A stretch of DNA of 64,000 nucleotides from the NCBI GenBank assembly GCA_013115125.1, contig JABANN010000039.1, forward strand, positions 1 to 64,000. The letters are read 5' to 3'. How positions within the stretch are numbered: position 1 is the first letter of the stretch; each line of letters begins with the position of its first letter. The notes below the pieces were generated by a model, which was given only the letters and a program-made list of their open reading frames with translations, was not told where the DNA came from and made no database searches. Made by a program: the position numbers and the translations under genes. Positions 1 to 13,709 of the stretch are shown one piece after another. The stretch is from Perkinsus olseni. Its lineage: Eukaryota.

Positions 1-2694
1 ACCGCTAATCGCAGTATTAAACAGCTGAGTGGCGCGGGCTACAAGCTGTTTAAATGTGGCAAATGATAACTCGGTTGGATCGCGCCGACAACGAACTCTC
101 TCGTTGATTATGCGAAACATTCGTTCGCATTTGCCGTTGCACCAAGAACTGAAGACTGGGGAACAAACGTGCCGACAGGAAACGCGCTTCATCGCATCTG
201 CGAACGCAGTAGAAATGAATTGCGATCCATTATCGGTATGAATGCCCTCAGGTGTAGTGTTGAATGTTGCATCCACTACCCTGAACAGCGCTAAACAGGG
301 GTGAGTGAACATTCCCAACAGGCAGAACGTCAACAGCTCGGCCAAGAGGAACACGACCGTGGAAATTACAACATCCGTCGTTCTTTTCGAACAACTATAG
401 GGCTTTTTACAGTTTTTTGATTGAGAATTTAAACGCGTGTGTTGGGATAGCTCTCACCCGAAGTAGTTGGGAATCAACCTTGAGAATGCCAACATCTGTT
501 GCGTTTTGTCAGTGATGCGTTGTCTTGAAGCCATTCATGGTTGGGTTTTGCACTATCAGGTAGTCGAGTTTCTACCCAGCTAATTTGAAAACCGGTGCTT
601 GATTTATGTAGGACTCCTACATAAATCAAGCACCGGTTCCTACAGTAGGAGGCAACTCGAGTATACAGGCGAGCTTGTGAGAGAGTTTGCAATGATCAGA
701 TCTCGCTGTGACTATCACAAATAAAGGGGGGCATTTTCAACAACTCAGAGAGCTATTTCAGCTGATCCGAGTCATAATAAACGGAAAGCAGGAGATTTCC
801 AACAGCCTTGGTGCTGCAACCTCAACTGCTACAAAGAATATGGAACATCGCCCGGTACAAAACCAACAGATTGTGAACATTCCCAACATGTCATGATACC
901 TTGCCCCAGTGTCGTTCAGATTCCCGTCGAGAGTCCAGAGTTTCATCCTGAAATTTCATGGCAGCGTCCGGGCAAAGAATGCCCCAATGCTGTAGTGGAA
1001 GTATTCCGATCGCGGCACCGAGAATACAGGAGAATTGGATCACGGCCAAACAGTTCGGCGCAAACTTGATATTGATCCGAACTTCTTCCGTTGTGACATT
1101 CCGCTTCAGGCTGAGGGTTTCAGGCCCTGACGGTCAGGGTGTATCCTTGTGGAAAAATCCCGCTGAGTCAGCAGCGCTGAAGAAGAATATACAGATGAAT
1201 GGCACGAGAGCTTTTACTTCTAACTTCCAACCAGATCTGTTGTATATCAGGCACCAGACCTGGTCTGGCAGACCATCCCGAAATTCCCCGAAACCTTCAA
1301 GGTTTGATCTTGCCACTCTTAGTGACTTACTTACGCAAAACTGCTGCGCAGAGAAACACGCTGAGCAGACTACAGCTCACGTACCACTGAACCGCACGGC
1401 TGATATTTGCAATAGAAACAGCGGAATGTAGAAAGTTAAGTAGTTGTTAACGACAGCTACGAGTCGCAAGCAGTTGTTACCAACAGCTTGTTGGAGTCCT
1501 GCGCCACTGCTGCAGCGACGCACCTTGAGAGCTAGCTCCGAGTTATAACTTCTAATATTTGCGGTTAAATCAGTCCAGTGAATCAGTCACTCAATTAGCC
1601 ACTCGAATCCATATCGCGCCGAGGACCTGCATAAAACCGTGCCATGACGCATGAATTCGTAGCGTTTCATTACATCGGTGGTGATAAGTCAGGAAACTAG
1701 ACGCTCTTGGAGAGAGTTGCCCCCACGCCTGGAGGGAGATCAAGATGCGAGCCAACAGCTGGAGGATCCAGCCTGGATCAGCAACAGATGCACTGGAAGA
1801 TGAGCTTACGCTCTGGTTCGTGCAGAAGGTTTCGGCCACTGACCTCGTTGGAAGTAGCGGTGTCACATCAGTCTTCGCTCGCTTGAGCGCTGGGGGCTTA
1901 TCTCATAACTTATGAGTTATAAGCCTTATGAGTAGGCCTCCTACGTTTGCGTTTGCTGCCATCCGCAATCAGTACATCAAAGGGGCTCTCTTGTCCTGAT
2001 CCGTTAGTCACAATTCTTGCAGTCCCGTTCACTTCCCTTGGTGGGGGTTGTACATTTGGTAGCTGATGTGAAGGCTCGCTTGAGGCTTGATCGGACAAGC
2101 GGGATATGACCATGTGTACGCCCTTGAATCGCTGCTCAGATCATCTATAACAGTACTGTTGATACATTGAAATTCAAAGCTTGAAAAGTGCCTCAAGAAC
2201 GTCGCATCATTGAGAATCCCTACAATAGGCTCTCAGCAGAAGGAAACGCTCTGACTCAGAGCCTCTGAGAGCCAGAAAGCTCGACACGCTCATAGAAGGA
2301 TTCTATTTACACCGCCTCTCTTGGTAAGAGTCCCTCCAGTCACGGCGAAAACCCAGAACTGCTCGGCTAGCAGGCATTGACCGAGAAACTAGTCGTTTGT
2401 TGCTACGAAGAAGATTATTAATCTTCTAATCTTCTAATCTTAGATTAACCGACTGATCGGTAACAATAACGTTGCGTTCAGGAAGCACGTTTCAGTGAAA
2501 ACGGAACACGAAGCAGATTAAAAACACAGGATCACAGCACAACGCAACAAATTAAACAAGAGAAGCACTCATGACGGTAAAAATACAACCAGGGTGTTGA
2601 ACAAGGACAACAACCTACGGTGGTCTACTTTTCTAACTATTCTGCGGGACAATATTATCCGAAAACGAAACTTTCCCAACCCAGTTGAGAAAGA

Positions 2695-3444
2695 CTAGCA
2701 GAAATCACAACAGAGTTCAACACACGTTGACAAAGTACATTTACCCGCTAAACAGTCCTCGGCCGTTGGCGTATACAAGACTGTCCGAGTTATCGCATAA
2801 GAGCTCCAATTGTCCACTAGGGCAATTACATACATCGTCTCCATGGCCTTATGAAATGGACCACTGATGTCCATGTGAACCATCTGCCATGGATATTGAG
2901 CTCTTAGTTCACATTGGCCGAACGCTAGTCCAAGCTGAGCTGGGGCTGATCGTGTGATCTTGCCCGTAGCACAGACATCGCAACCAGCTACAAACTCGTT
3001 GCAGTGTTGCTTGAGAGATGGACACCGAACGATGCGGCGCATACGTCCGTACAGAGACTTTGCATGTTCATGCAACATGGTTGCAACGTATCGTAGCTCA
3101 GATCCCCACGTCATTATGAGCCTTCCATGCTCGTCTCGTTCGTCCGATGGAGCGTGGGACGAGCTGGACTGAATCAATGCTGCTATAGTCTCATCGTAAC
3201 TCTCATATTCATCTTGTGAAGATGGAGGGATACAGTACTGAGGTATCCGACTCAGCTGGTCTGCCAGATTGCTCTCACTAGGGATCAATTGTACTGTGAG
3301 GTTAATTCTCAATGCGGTACATGTGTCCTGGAAGGTCTTGAGACGACTTTCCACCAATGTTGCATTGAGACCATGAACCGCACCATGTAGTCGTCTCTCC
3401 TCAGTTCTAACTTCGGAACTCGACATAGGGAGTCGGGAGGCCAA
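2695..3444 (-). mobile_element. Degenerate Ty3/gypsy-type LTR retrotransposon pol fragment (RNase H C-terminus, integrase Zn-binding and core start)
   Basis: Translation has the RNase H end motif 'SNLADQLSR', an H..H..CxxC integrase Zn motif ('LHEHAK...GCDVC') and an rve core start 'PWQMVHMDISGP...VIALVDNWSSY'. RNase H precedes integrase. Flanking frames are broken, so the full extent is unknown. Confidence 0.8.
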
Positions 3445-4772
3445 GTAAAGAGGGGCCGCGCGCTGACTTGGCGCGAATGCGGGCCGCTGGCTAATATAGC
3501 TAATCTGTCTACTTCATCTACTGCGCACAACGTCACGCTGTCTCCTTCCACCACATTCCTATGATGTCGTTGTGTCATCTACTCGAACAGGTGCACAATG
3601 CTGAGTTTTGTTCTGTCATGACCATTCCTACGCGTAGTGATTCGTTTATCCGACCCCGTGTGAAAACCTTTTTCTAGCGACTGCCTTTTCTGCTATCCGT
3701 TGCCTAGTGCTGCTGATAATCATTGACGTCTGGTTATATCGAACTGTAGGCGGATTAGCTTCACAGTTGTGCATGGCAATGATTAGTAGAATCAACTCAC
3801 TCGGGCAACCTCCTCACCATTTTCACCAGGAATACCGATTCAGGATCTCCCCTCAATGATCTTTGTATATCGACTAATGACCCACTCGCAGACCTCTCTC
3901 ATCAACAACCATTCCTCCTGCTTTATCAAAGTCATGCGGTGCTCAGTAAGTGTGTGTGCTCCGATAATCTCTTTCGGCCAGAAGCTCACAGATTGTGTCT
4001 ATGTTCGATGACGAGACTGAATCCCATCTACTACCACGTAACAAGGCAAACGTATCAGCGTTCGATGATTCTCATTCTACTTCAATGCATGACGTTCAAT
4101 AATATCAATGTTCGAGCTAGGTATCCATCGCAGAAGAAATTCCTGCAACAAGGTTGTCATTAACATGTAGGACCCGCAATGAAAAGCAAGCTCTAGAGAA
4201 AGTACCAGAGTCAGCTATGCCCTGGCGGTTGACCGTTACTATGCGGAGACAGTCACGACTCAACGGAACAGGTATCCGTGGACGAGCTTTTCCCCGGTAC
4301 CACGTCTCATAGTGCTTCAGTGGAAAGGTGAAAAGAAAAGGTATCTCGTCAATAAAGTTCAGAGACGTACCGACTATCATCATTAGCAGCTAGTGGTGTC
4401 AGTATGTAGGGTTCGATGAGTAGCAAGCATCGTCTCCACGCTAGGCCTTCTTTATGGCCATGGCAGAAGAGGGAGCCTTGTTATCATCATAGACATTATG
4501 CTTGTTAACGAGTTGTAACACTAAGCCATACACGACAAGACCAAAGCCTTCTAGCACGGGCCTAGCTAACTCTCTCGCCATTAGTATAGCACTGTGAAAT
4601 GAGTCAAGGGCACTTTAAAGCCACAGGACCCAAACAAGCAAACAGTGCGACATTTTCCACCCGCCCTCGCCACTGGTAGTCAACACAACAGCTGTGCATT
4701 TCCGGAAGGTTAGCCGCCTAGTAGGAAGTCGATCCTCACCACCCGACATTATTCGTGGAACCAACTGCCAGC

Positions 4773-5666
4773 TTAGAAGCTGATAGGAGCAACGGTAGCA
4801 AGCTCGGCCTTCAACTTGGGGTCGGCAGCGACCTGCTTCTGAGCCTCAGACCTGACCTTGCGGATGGTCTTGGTGACCTTGGTGTAGTACTCGGCCTTGT
4901 GGACGTTACGACGCTCAGTGAGACGCTCAACAAGGGACTTGCACTTCCAGCCAACCCTCTCGCTCAAGTCACCGAGGGTGCAGAACTTACGAGTGGGCTT
5001 CAACCTCAAGGCCTACAGGAGGAACAGCAATAAACGGATGAATGACGTGAGTGCGACGCATTACCTTGAGGGCGCAAGGGACGACCTGCTTGGGGGCCTT
5101 GTCGTAAGGATGCGGCATACCATCGAAAACCTTCAGGCGATCGAGAGCGGCCTGGCCACGGGCGGTCTTATGACGGATCATACCGCGGATAGTCCTCCAC
5201 AAGATCTTAGAGGGAGCCTAAGATGATAACAACAGTGATGAGCAGCCGGACGGTGATGGAAGTAATTACCCTGAAGTGGATGGGGCCCTTCTTGGGGTTG
5301 GAGTTGGTGTGCTTGCGCTTGAAGCTCTCGTACTTCAGCTTGTTACGGAACAAGGAACCAGAGATGTTGATGCCCTCACAGTGGACAGCAACGATCTTCT
5401 GACCGCTAAGAAGCTCCTTAGCGATCATGCCTGAACAAGCAACAAGCATAACAACAACCCATCTCGACGCTATTTTAGATGAATAGCAAGCGTCATTAAA
5501 TGAGCCTCGACTGCAGGTCAAAGACGTCTACAGACTCGCCCAGAGCATACGAATAGAATTGGAAAGAGCGAACGACCGATACCCGACCCATCCCAACCCC
5601 CTTATTACTCGCGAGGCGGCCCAGAAGGTGCCCGCGGCAGTCGATTACGATTTCCTTGGCGAACAT
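4773..5666 (-). CDS. RPL13A: 60S ribosomal protein L13a (uL13), 4 exons: 5666-5609, 5430-5270, 5217-5065, 5012-4773
   Basis: Spliced translation [50 protein letters not shown]...[41 protein letters not shown]...; GT-AG introns keep frame. Confidence 0.97.
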
Positions 5667-6199
5667 ACCGGTTTAGGTCGACTCCGGACTATGCAAACAA
5701 AGGCTATGGATCGCTCGGGCGAACGCGCTATTTACATCAAACTTGAGGAGTTGCAAGTTTTAGCAAGACTGCAAGATTTGTTCTCCAAACCTTTCAGCCT
5801 ACTTCCAATCAACCTTCACACGCTAGCTCTACAGTAATGCCACGGGCCGTCTCAGAGCCTCTCTCCAGGACCATTGAACTCAGCTTCTGCCGCCGATCCT
5901 ATCGAGTAGTGATACCGCTACCTTAGGAATGCATTCTGCGACAGGAGACACGAACCAAAACGTAGCGTAATACACGTAGTCGTCTACTAGTGCAGAGGAA
6001 CAAACTAAGCTGATGGTACTGCGAGGCTGCTTGACGTCAGCATAGATGCAACTGAAGGGGGTCTGAGCCAGGGGGCTGAAGCAGATTTCGCAAGGGAGGC
6101 GAGTCACGGCGCAGCCGGAAGATTCTTAAAGCGTCCGACGCCGAAGATTTTCGATTGCCACTGATCTAAGTTACCCGTTTTTCGTCGGCCTTCACTATT

Positions 6200-6521
6200 A
6201 TGGACACCTCATCAACCTACTCTGGTGCTGCCGATCACTCGGACGACCACAAGGCGGCCCAACAGCAAATGATGCAGCTCAACATGATCATAGAGAGCCA
6301 GAAGACCATGGTCAAGCTCACTGGCCTGTGCTTCGACAAATGTGTCTCGGTAAGTGTATGAAGGCCGTCGCTGTTGTTGAGTTTGTGATGATGGTCCGCA
6401 GACCCCCGGCAAGTCCCTGTCCAACTCGGAGCAGACCTGCCTGTGGCGTTGTGCCCAGAATATGATGGAGACCAACGTCTTCATGCAGAAGAGGCTGGTC
6501 CAGCAGGCCAAGCATCAGTAG
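6200..6521 (+). CDS. Mitochondrial small Tim chaperone (Tim8/Tim13-type, Tim10/DDP family), intron 6350-6401
   Basis: Spliced protein ...KLTGLCFDKCVS-TPGKSLSNSEQTCLWRCAQN... with twin CX3C motif; GT-AG intron. Confidence 0.88.
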
Positions 6522-7271
6522 ATCAACGGGAAGCATCAGCAGGGAGGATCACAAAGGCTGTGGCAGCCTAGGCTACCACTGGCCTGGTAGCAGGGGATTA
6601 GCGTAGAAGACCATTGATATATGTTTCTCGACAACTATCGGACAGGTGTGGTGTTGGCCTCGATCATGACCTGATACCATTGTACTTGCGTAGTGCTGTG
6701 CTCTCCTAGTGTGAGTCATTTTCCGTCGTCATGCTAAATTCTTTCCTCATCTCCCCCTTCTTGTATGCCGCTCTCCTCATCTCACAGTATGCTGGCCAAC
6801 TTCATCCTGTCGGGGGTCAGAGAGGGGGTGCCTTCGTGCGTTTATATACTACCCATTGTTATGTAATTCCGGTCATCTTGCCTCATCCCCCACCTCCATT
6901 GTACCATCCTCGACAACTGTCATTGTATCAAACAGACGTGGATTGTCCACTGTGGACACCAGGGCATGAATGGCTCGGGAGGACGAGGAAGAGTCCGCTG
7001 AGGAAGTTGGTCCAGTAGTAGAGGGAACCTATATCTGCTCAGCCCGACAAACCACCCGGGTTACCTTCCTTGTCTCATGTCCTCAGCAACCTCGGATTCA
7101 TAGTCTTCCTCTCAGTCCTCTATGAAACCCTCTCAGCTTCATTCCGTGTAGACCTTCTCCGTCATCGCTTGGAACGATCGTGGATCTTGCACAAGATCTG
7201 GGAGTGCTTTCCTTGTGCCCTTCCAGAGTGCGTGTCCGCAGTTGTCCATTTTTGGCCTCCCTCTGCCGTTG

Positions 7272-8170
7272 ATGGAGCCGTCGTCCTCCTTCTCCCCTCC
7301 GATGAGCGTGCTCGATCGCCCAAGTACCATCTTCATCCCCTTCTCCATATTCGCCACGGTATTCATCCTCAACATGTATCGTACTGGTGGCTGCCTGGTG
7401 AAGTCCTGCGAGTACACCTCCATGTTCCATCATAGCATCTCTATCGCCGCTGCCCTGGCCTGCATGGCCGCAGAATGGAACGATCTCTCCACCAGAGCTG
7501 TCTATGGGTGAGACGGCGTCCGCCTCAGCAAGGGGATTTGGTGAGTACACAGTCCTCAGGTCCAACACAGACTTCCCCTGGGCAACCCTCCTACAGCACA
7601 TCAACATCGGCTACTTCCTATATGACTTCCTCCACTCCCTTGCTTGGGAACACCACTTCATTATCCATCATGCCGTAGCCCTCACTGGTAAGCCCTCGCT
7701 CGATACTCTATGTTCGACCGCTCATCAGAGCTTCGTGACTCGTGTATCTTTTCTCCCTTACACTGTCGTCAACGACGGTGGTGTTGCCCACTTTCGTCAC
7801 TCCCTCTTGGTGCCAAGTGCTCCCCTCAGGGCTCTTCGCGTCGGAGTACATGAACAGCTTCGCCCTGGCCAACGCCGTGAACACTCTCGTTGCTGAGTCG
7901 GGTTCCATAATCTACAACTACTACAACGCCCACAAGTCCCTCAACCACTACGTCGTCTTCGTCGCTGTCTACGGGGTATCTCGGCTGATCTTCCTAATGT
8001 GGAGCCTATCGGTCCTCCATCAAGCCTGGCGTCCCTACGAAGGGGCAGTCTACCCCTTCTGGGCTCCCCATGCTATCACCAGCCTACAGCTCTCACTTCT
8101 CGTCGTTAACTTGGTCTTCCTTGTTACTCACATGCGCAAGCTGAATCGGAAACTGAGGGAGCGTCGATAG
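7272..8170 (+). CDS. TLC (TRAM/LAG1/CLN8) domain membrane protein, multi-exon
   Basis: Motifs 'SMFHH', 'IGYFLYDFL...FIIHHAV', 'LVAESGS', 'FVAVYGVSRL' and several hydrophobic helices; stop at 8168-8170. Start is 7272 or 7302. Confidence 0.78.
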
Positions 8171-8547
8171 GAAGCAGCTCGAAAGGCCGCTGGCGAGGGA
8201 GAGGTGACCACGGCAGTTCTGCGCAGAAGGTCGGTGGTAGCAATAGACGCCGCTGCTGCCAACATGGGGGAAGCATGAGATTTATGTCACGCGCCCGGCA
8301 ATAAGCTGATTCCGTCACTAGCTGGTACCCTCGTGGAGGCGGTGACGGCTCCTGCGGGGAGGTGCGGCACGTCCACGTCTAGTGCAGCTGCTGCCGTGGT
8401 AGTAGGTCGGAACTATTTCGCTGCCGTTTGATACAGGACTGTTGTTGCACATGACCTCAAAGCCTTTGAGTCAAAGGCTTCCTCGTTGTTGTGTTGTCAA
8501 CGCCAGGGGAGGGCAGGGGAGTTATTGTAGATGTACTCAAGCGTCGA

Positions 8548-11473
8548 ATGGAATCTGAAGTAGTAGAGTACGGTCCAAAGAAATTGGAACCAGCTGATGA
8601 GGAGTTGCCGCCCCGCCCAGAGGCAGTGGGGCCGAAGATACCCGGCACGGGAGATCTGGTCATAGTCTGGCAACTCGAAGGCCCGGCCGAAGAGGCGTTG
8701 AGCCTTGGCAAGGTGAGGTTAATGCGCTTCACCGTCCGCGAGCGTTCGGTCAGATCGACTTCAAACCTGCTACCGACGAGAAGATCGTCACCGCCTTGCC
8801 TGAGGATGTCACCATCGGTGTGGATAGGGAGGCGTGGATGAGCATCGCCAACGGCAGTGCTGGCAGCATCACGGGAGAGGTAGTAACGCCCAGGGCCGGC
8901 TAGTTTGGATAGTGATCCCCGCAGGTCACCGCCGGCCTATCGTCACCATCGGGGCCTATCGATGCCCGGGTCTCCCTAGCGTTGTCGGCCGAGGGGCGCC
9001 GGCTCTCCCTTGTCGACCCTGCAAGGGCGGACGTACCTTGCCGAGAGAAGGGTCCTCCCGTACGCGCAGTCGTCAATGATATGATTTTTATGATGATTCT
9101 GTTACAAGCTGAGGAAGGCATCTCCAGCATTATCGAAGCTCGTCTGATCTTCGTCGGGAGGCTGCCTAGAGTGCTCGGTCTTAGCGGCATCGAGGGAGAG
9201 CCGCCACGGCTGCCGCTGCGCTACGGTCGAGAGTGCGGCCCGATAGAGTTGATCGTGAAGGTTGGTGACCAGGACTTGTCACTGGACGATGAAAGTGTTA
9301 CTTGCCGTGTCACACCACCTCTGCCGGCCGGGATATCACTGAAGCCGGAGGGCGTGCTGAGCGGCATACCTCGGATGGCTGGGTGCAGTGAGCACAGCAT
9401 CATCGCAGCTACTGCAGATGGGGAAAGTGAACCCTTCTGCTTCACCATCGAGGTCGACATAGAAGAGGTGGACATGGCCAGGATACGATGGGCTGCAGCA
9501 GAAGGAGGCCGCGGCGTCACCGCCATTACTGACAGAATCGCCGAGGGGTCGGCCGGGCGAGCATACGAGGTGACCGTCCATCTCAATGACAGGCCTGATG
9601 GCATGCATGTCGGTAGATTTACCGTCACTTCGCGTACACCCTTCCGGAGCATCAAAAGCGGCAGCGGGAGTTCTGGAGTCGGGAGAAGCAGGACGTTATT
9701 GTGGTGGACCAAGGCATGACGGACAACTTGCAGGTCCGCCTGCTCGGCAGAGGATGGCTGACCTCGATCGTGGCTTGTTCCCTCAGGAGATGATGGACGA
9801 TACACGACACAGTGATGGTGACACAACCACGCGAGTGCTCCAGTTCTTACCAGGGACCTATACCCTACCCGGTGGCGCCCTGAGGTGAGAGTCGCCACAG
9901 CGTCTACGCTCCTTCGTGGAGTTCTGCTGTTATTCCCGCACTCCTACGTGCGCATAGTTTACGTCCGCGTCTCTACGGAAGGGAATCTCTCTTTGTTGAG
10001 GTTGGTGGTGGGCCGTTCTCAGGTTGCGCAACCGCAGGGTCATTATTCAAGGCGTCCAGAGAGAGGGCGTGACCATAGTCGGCCAAGTAGGAGGTCGAAT
10101 CTTCTTGTCTGCCTTTTGGCGGCAACAGGCAAGATCCTGAGCTCTGTTGCGTGCAGATCCGGGTAGAGCGTCCAGGCTGCGTCATAGACAATCTCACCCT
10201 GACCAACTATAACTCTACTCTGTTTGACGGGCTCTGTGACGAAGAGAACCTCCGTTGCGGAATCGTGATTAAAACGGAGAGTGAGAACGAGTTTGTCCCC
10301 GCCTCACGAGCGCGTTCAAGTGGGGAATCACGCATTTTGCAATAAAGGGGCTATTTCCCCTGGTCGAGTACTGGTCGACCACATAGACCCGGGTTCGATC
10401 CTAGGGTGTGGCATATTGCTGCGCAGTACCTTGTTTCACATCATACTCGAAATAGTATTAGCTGAACAGAGAATATTTTCGCTCCAGGTGTAGCACATAG
10501 CAAAATAACAGCCGCGAGATTCGAACTCGCGCCCTTTCGGGCTAGCGCCTGAAGCTAGCGCCTTAGACCACTCGGCCAGACTGTCGTTGAATTTTCGCGT
10601 TTTCTGTTCGTCATATCATGTCTTCTACCTGTTCTTACCCCATTGAATGTACCTCTCTTCAGGTTCAGGCGCCCTACCGACGTGTACGATCAAGAATTGC
10701 GACATCCGCTGCACTCGCAACAGTTGTGTCAAATTCATCACACCCCCCACCGAAGAAGGCTCCGAGGTGATCCCCGCTCGGACTACCCTTCCCCGACTCG
10801 CCGCATTCAGGCACCAGGCGGGGTTGTCTTGGAAAGGAACCGTTTTTCTGTCATCCGCGACCCCACCTTGCCGGCCGTAGATTTTCGTGGAGCCTCCGGA
10901 ATCGCTATCGAGCACTCTCTTCTGATTGATAATCTTTTCTCCCCTCTCTGCTATGGCCTGGAGTGCAAGAAGGGATATCAACCGCGCACGAGAGGAAGCT
11001 CGGCGGCAGCCATCGACACCTTCGAGGCTCAAATGATGTTATCAGCATCGCTCCATCCTCCCGACCGAGACTTCAATGTGGCGCTGCGGGAGCAGGCTTT
11101 GGATGCTCGCCCGCAGAGCAGGACGAGGGAGTCACTAAGGCAAGAGCTCCCTCCCCGAGCCCAGTCTGAGCACACACTGGCCGAACTCGAATGCTGCTAC
11201 CCTGTGCGTGAGAGGGAAGGGTCTGACTGCGTGTACATCGAGGCTGCGAGTATGAAAGCGAATAAGATGGGGAGTGAGCAGCTGGGTTTCCGAAACACCA
11301 GACTCAGTCTGTACACGTTCTGTGGGAAATCTGACGCCTGGAGGAAACGAGAGGGCCTGAACAAAGAGCCCAACATCAGCACCAACATGAGACAGATCGC
11401 ATCAAGCATGCGCGATTCTAAGGCATCAAGCGTGTGGAAGTTCCCGGACAATGGACGGATACGGATCGAGTAG
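8548..11473 (+). CDS. Multi-exon protein with a putative Ig (He_PIG-like) domain and a right-handed beta-helix region; boundaries approximate
   Basis: 'PPLPAGISLKPEGVLSGIP...IIAATADG...FTIEV' is He_PIG-like. 'LQFLPGTYTL', 'IRVERPGCVIDNLTLTN...GIVIK' and 'CTIKNCDIRCTRNSCVKF' are beta-helix-like. Intron 10281-10662 joins in frame. Confidence 0.5.
10506..10585 (-). tRNA. tRNA-Leu(CAG)
   Basis: GACAGTCTGGCCGAGTGGTCTAAGGCGCTAGCTT-CAG-GCGCTAGCCCGAAAGGGCGCGAGTTCGAATCTCGCGGCTGTTA: full cloverleaf with long variable arm. Confidence 0.95.
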
Positions 11474-12773
11474 GCCGATTGACGTGCATCAGTTTTTCCG
11501 TTTGACTTCATCCGATCGGTTAGCTGAGCTGACTCTGCTAGAGTGCATTTTCGTTCTTTCAGCGGCGGGCTTCCGGGCGTGAAGGTCCCATCCTGCAGAT
11601 CTGTCCCGAACCTCAACTCAGGGCTGCCCAGTCTGCCTGCGTTAGAGGGTGAATTAGTATTCGATAGGCGACCACCACCTATCCGTCAAACTAAACCAAC
11701 TGTGAGACGAGCGTGCGGTGTATGCTGGACCGTCGAGTGTCTGCCTGTGAGTATCATCTCTGCTTTCGTTCAGGTCAGTGTGTTCCTACGATCGAAGTGA
11801 AAATCTATCCGAATTACCAGTGATGTGCCACGAACGGTTCAGATGTAAACTCGAACTCATTTGATTACCCTTGTGGCGTTCAGTGTCTTTGATGACGTCA
11901 TCGACCTGAGGACTCTCCTGCCCTGAATATCTCACTGGGGCAGTCAAATGCCTGTGATAACAAATCTCATAAGAATCAGGTTCATCCATAGCGAATACCC
12001 CTCGCCTCATTCGCAATGCACTATATGGGACTCGGCATTCGCATGCTACTCACCGCGGTACATGTATGCGATTTATGATCATTATTGTGCCAAGTTATTA
12101 CGGAGTTAGCAGCGCCGTTAGACGAAGCCTTTTGGTACACTGCCCTCCTGTTTTCGGAGAATTGAAGTTCAGCCGCTGAACTCTCGAACCCAACAAAGGA
12201 GGAACGTGGATGCATGTTGAGAATGTATCGTGTTCAACTAATAGCATCATCGGGCAATCTACTAGGCGGTGTGGAGCCTATCATGGTCGTACTGAATCTG
12301 ACCGACCTCAAACCAAGCAGCCTGGGAGAGGATGAGTCACTCGGGATAGACGACGCTGCTGAGGATCGCCTCTGAGATGGGCATTGACTTCATGACTCGA
12401 CTTCTCGAAATTTAAGCGGCAAAACCGTGCACCATCTAAGCGACGCCGCGGGAGTGCCTTCTTTGGCCGAGCGTACGCCTCGGCAACGCGACTCTATTCC
12501 ATATAACGCAGAGTTATTCTACGGGTTAAGAAAAGTACAGTATATGCTGTAACTCCCGCCTATCTTACTGATCCGATGACCCCGGCTGGTTCCAGAGCGG
12601 CATGATTCAGTCTCCCTTGCGCATCGAAGTAGGCGAACTCCTGATACATACTGCGACTCAATAGCGAAACAGAAGCCGGCGGATACTTGATATCTTGGCG
12701 GAGGCTGCAGATGTAACGTGGTATTTCCTTCATATGCCGGTCCTCCAACTGATGGGTCTGAAATTGAAAAACA

Positions 12774-12855
12774 TGTCAGCTGTGGGATTCGAACCCACGA
12801 GGATTTCTCCACCAGAACTTGAGTCTGGCGCCTTAGACCGCTCGGCCAAACTGAC
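12774..12855 (-). tRNA. tRNA-Leu(CAA)
   Basis: GTCAGTTTGGCCGAGCGGTCTAAGGCGCCAGACT-CAA-GTTCTGG...GTGGGTTCGAATCCCACAGCTGACA, followed by a T-run terminator. Confidence 0.96.
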
Positions 12856-13709
12856 TGTGCAATTTCATTTTTCAGCCAAAGGGAGAGGCTTCAGGGACGA
12901 AAAAGACATCAACCTCTACCGGCTATCTTCCTCGCTCGAAACTTCGCCCATGCTTCCAAGTCTCGATCGGGCTCTCTGATTATCCGACTTGACCCGGACG
13001 GCTCGTAATGAACCATATAGCCCTCTGGGAGCGTCAGGTTGCCTGCAGGGACACGGCAAGTTCACTCTCGCGAATGGTACAGGGGCAATGCTTCTTCGCT
13101 TGAGTCACGCCATTGCCGTCGCATGACAGAATCCATGTGGGAACTCCTAGCTTGTGCCAACTTCATAGAGGCTACCCATCATTAGCCCAGTCGGCTTCTC
13201 CTCAGAGTCCTCTCCGCCGTAAACAGCGATATACCGTTGATAATTAGAGACGAAGGGGGGCATGGTAGTACGCACTGACGACTCATACCGAGGACGCCCG
13301 CACGTGCGATTGGTACTAGTACAAACAAAAGATCGATAAATCTCCAACGACAGGTTAAATGTGGTCATGTCGCATAAGCGTCATTCAGGCGTGATCGTTA
13401 ACGTCATCAGTCGTAGATCTTTACCACAGAAGATATAGTCTCGCTACAAAGAGGGCACCTGAAATTGTGAGTAGGGGTGGAAGGGAGTGCCACGAAGACG
13501 TACCGCTTGAGTCTTGTATGGCACAGAGCGCAGCAACAGCGGTGGCCACAAGGGACCTGAGAAGAACAACCTGCGCACCGAAAGGGACAGCGTTAGTACT
13601 ATAGCGTGTGTACTCCGGGATGCCATGCACACCACGCAAGCGCTCAGCCGACGCTCTTTCACTTCGGTTTTCGGCGTCGTCAAAAGGATCCTCCTCGGCC
13701 GGGGTATAA

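Noticed and set aside
5431-5608. snoRNA in the long first RPL13a intron
   Set aside because: No convincing C/D or H/ACA boxes by eye; an Infernal search would be needed.
9570-9719. SUMO/ubiquitin-like domain (RFTVTSRTPFRSIK)
   Set aside because: The resemblance is short, and another frame fits better as the lead-in to the beta-helix region.
7098-9898. Long minus-strand ORFs (7098-7607, 9221-9898)
   Set aside because: These are antisense shadows of GC-rich plus-strand coding exons.
10506-10585. tRNA-Sec (UCA)
   Set aside because: The 7-nt loop TTCAGGC centres on CAG, and the D-arm and acceptor stem are Leu-type.
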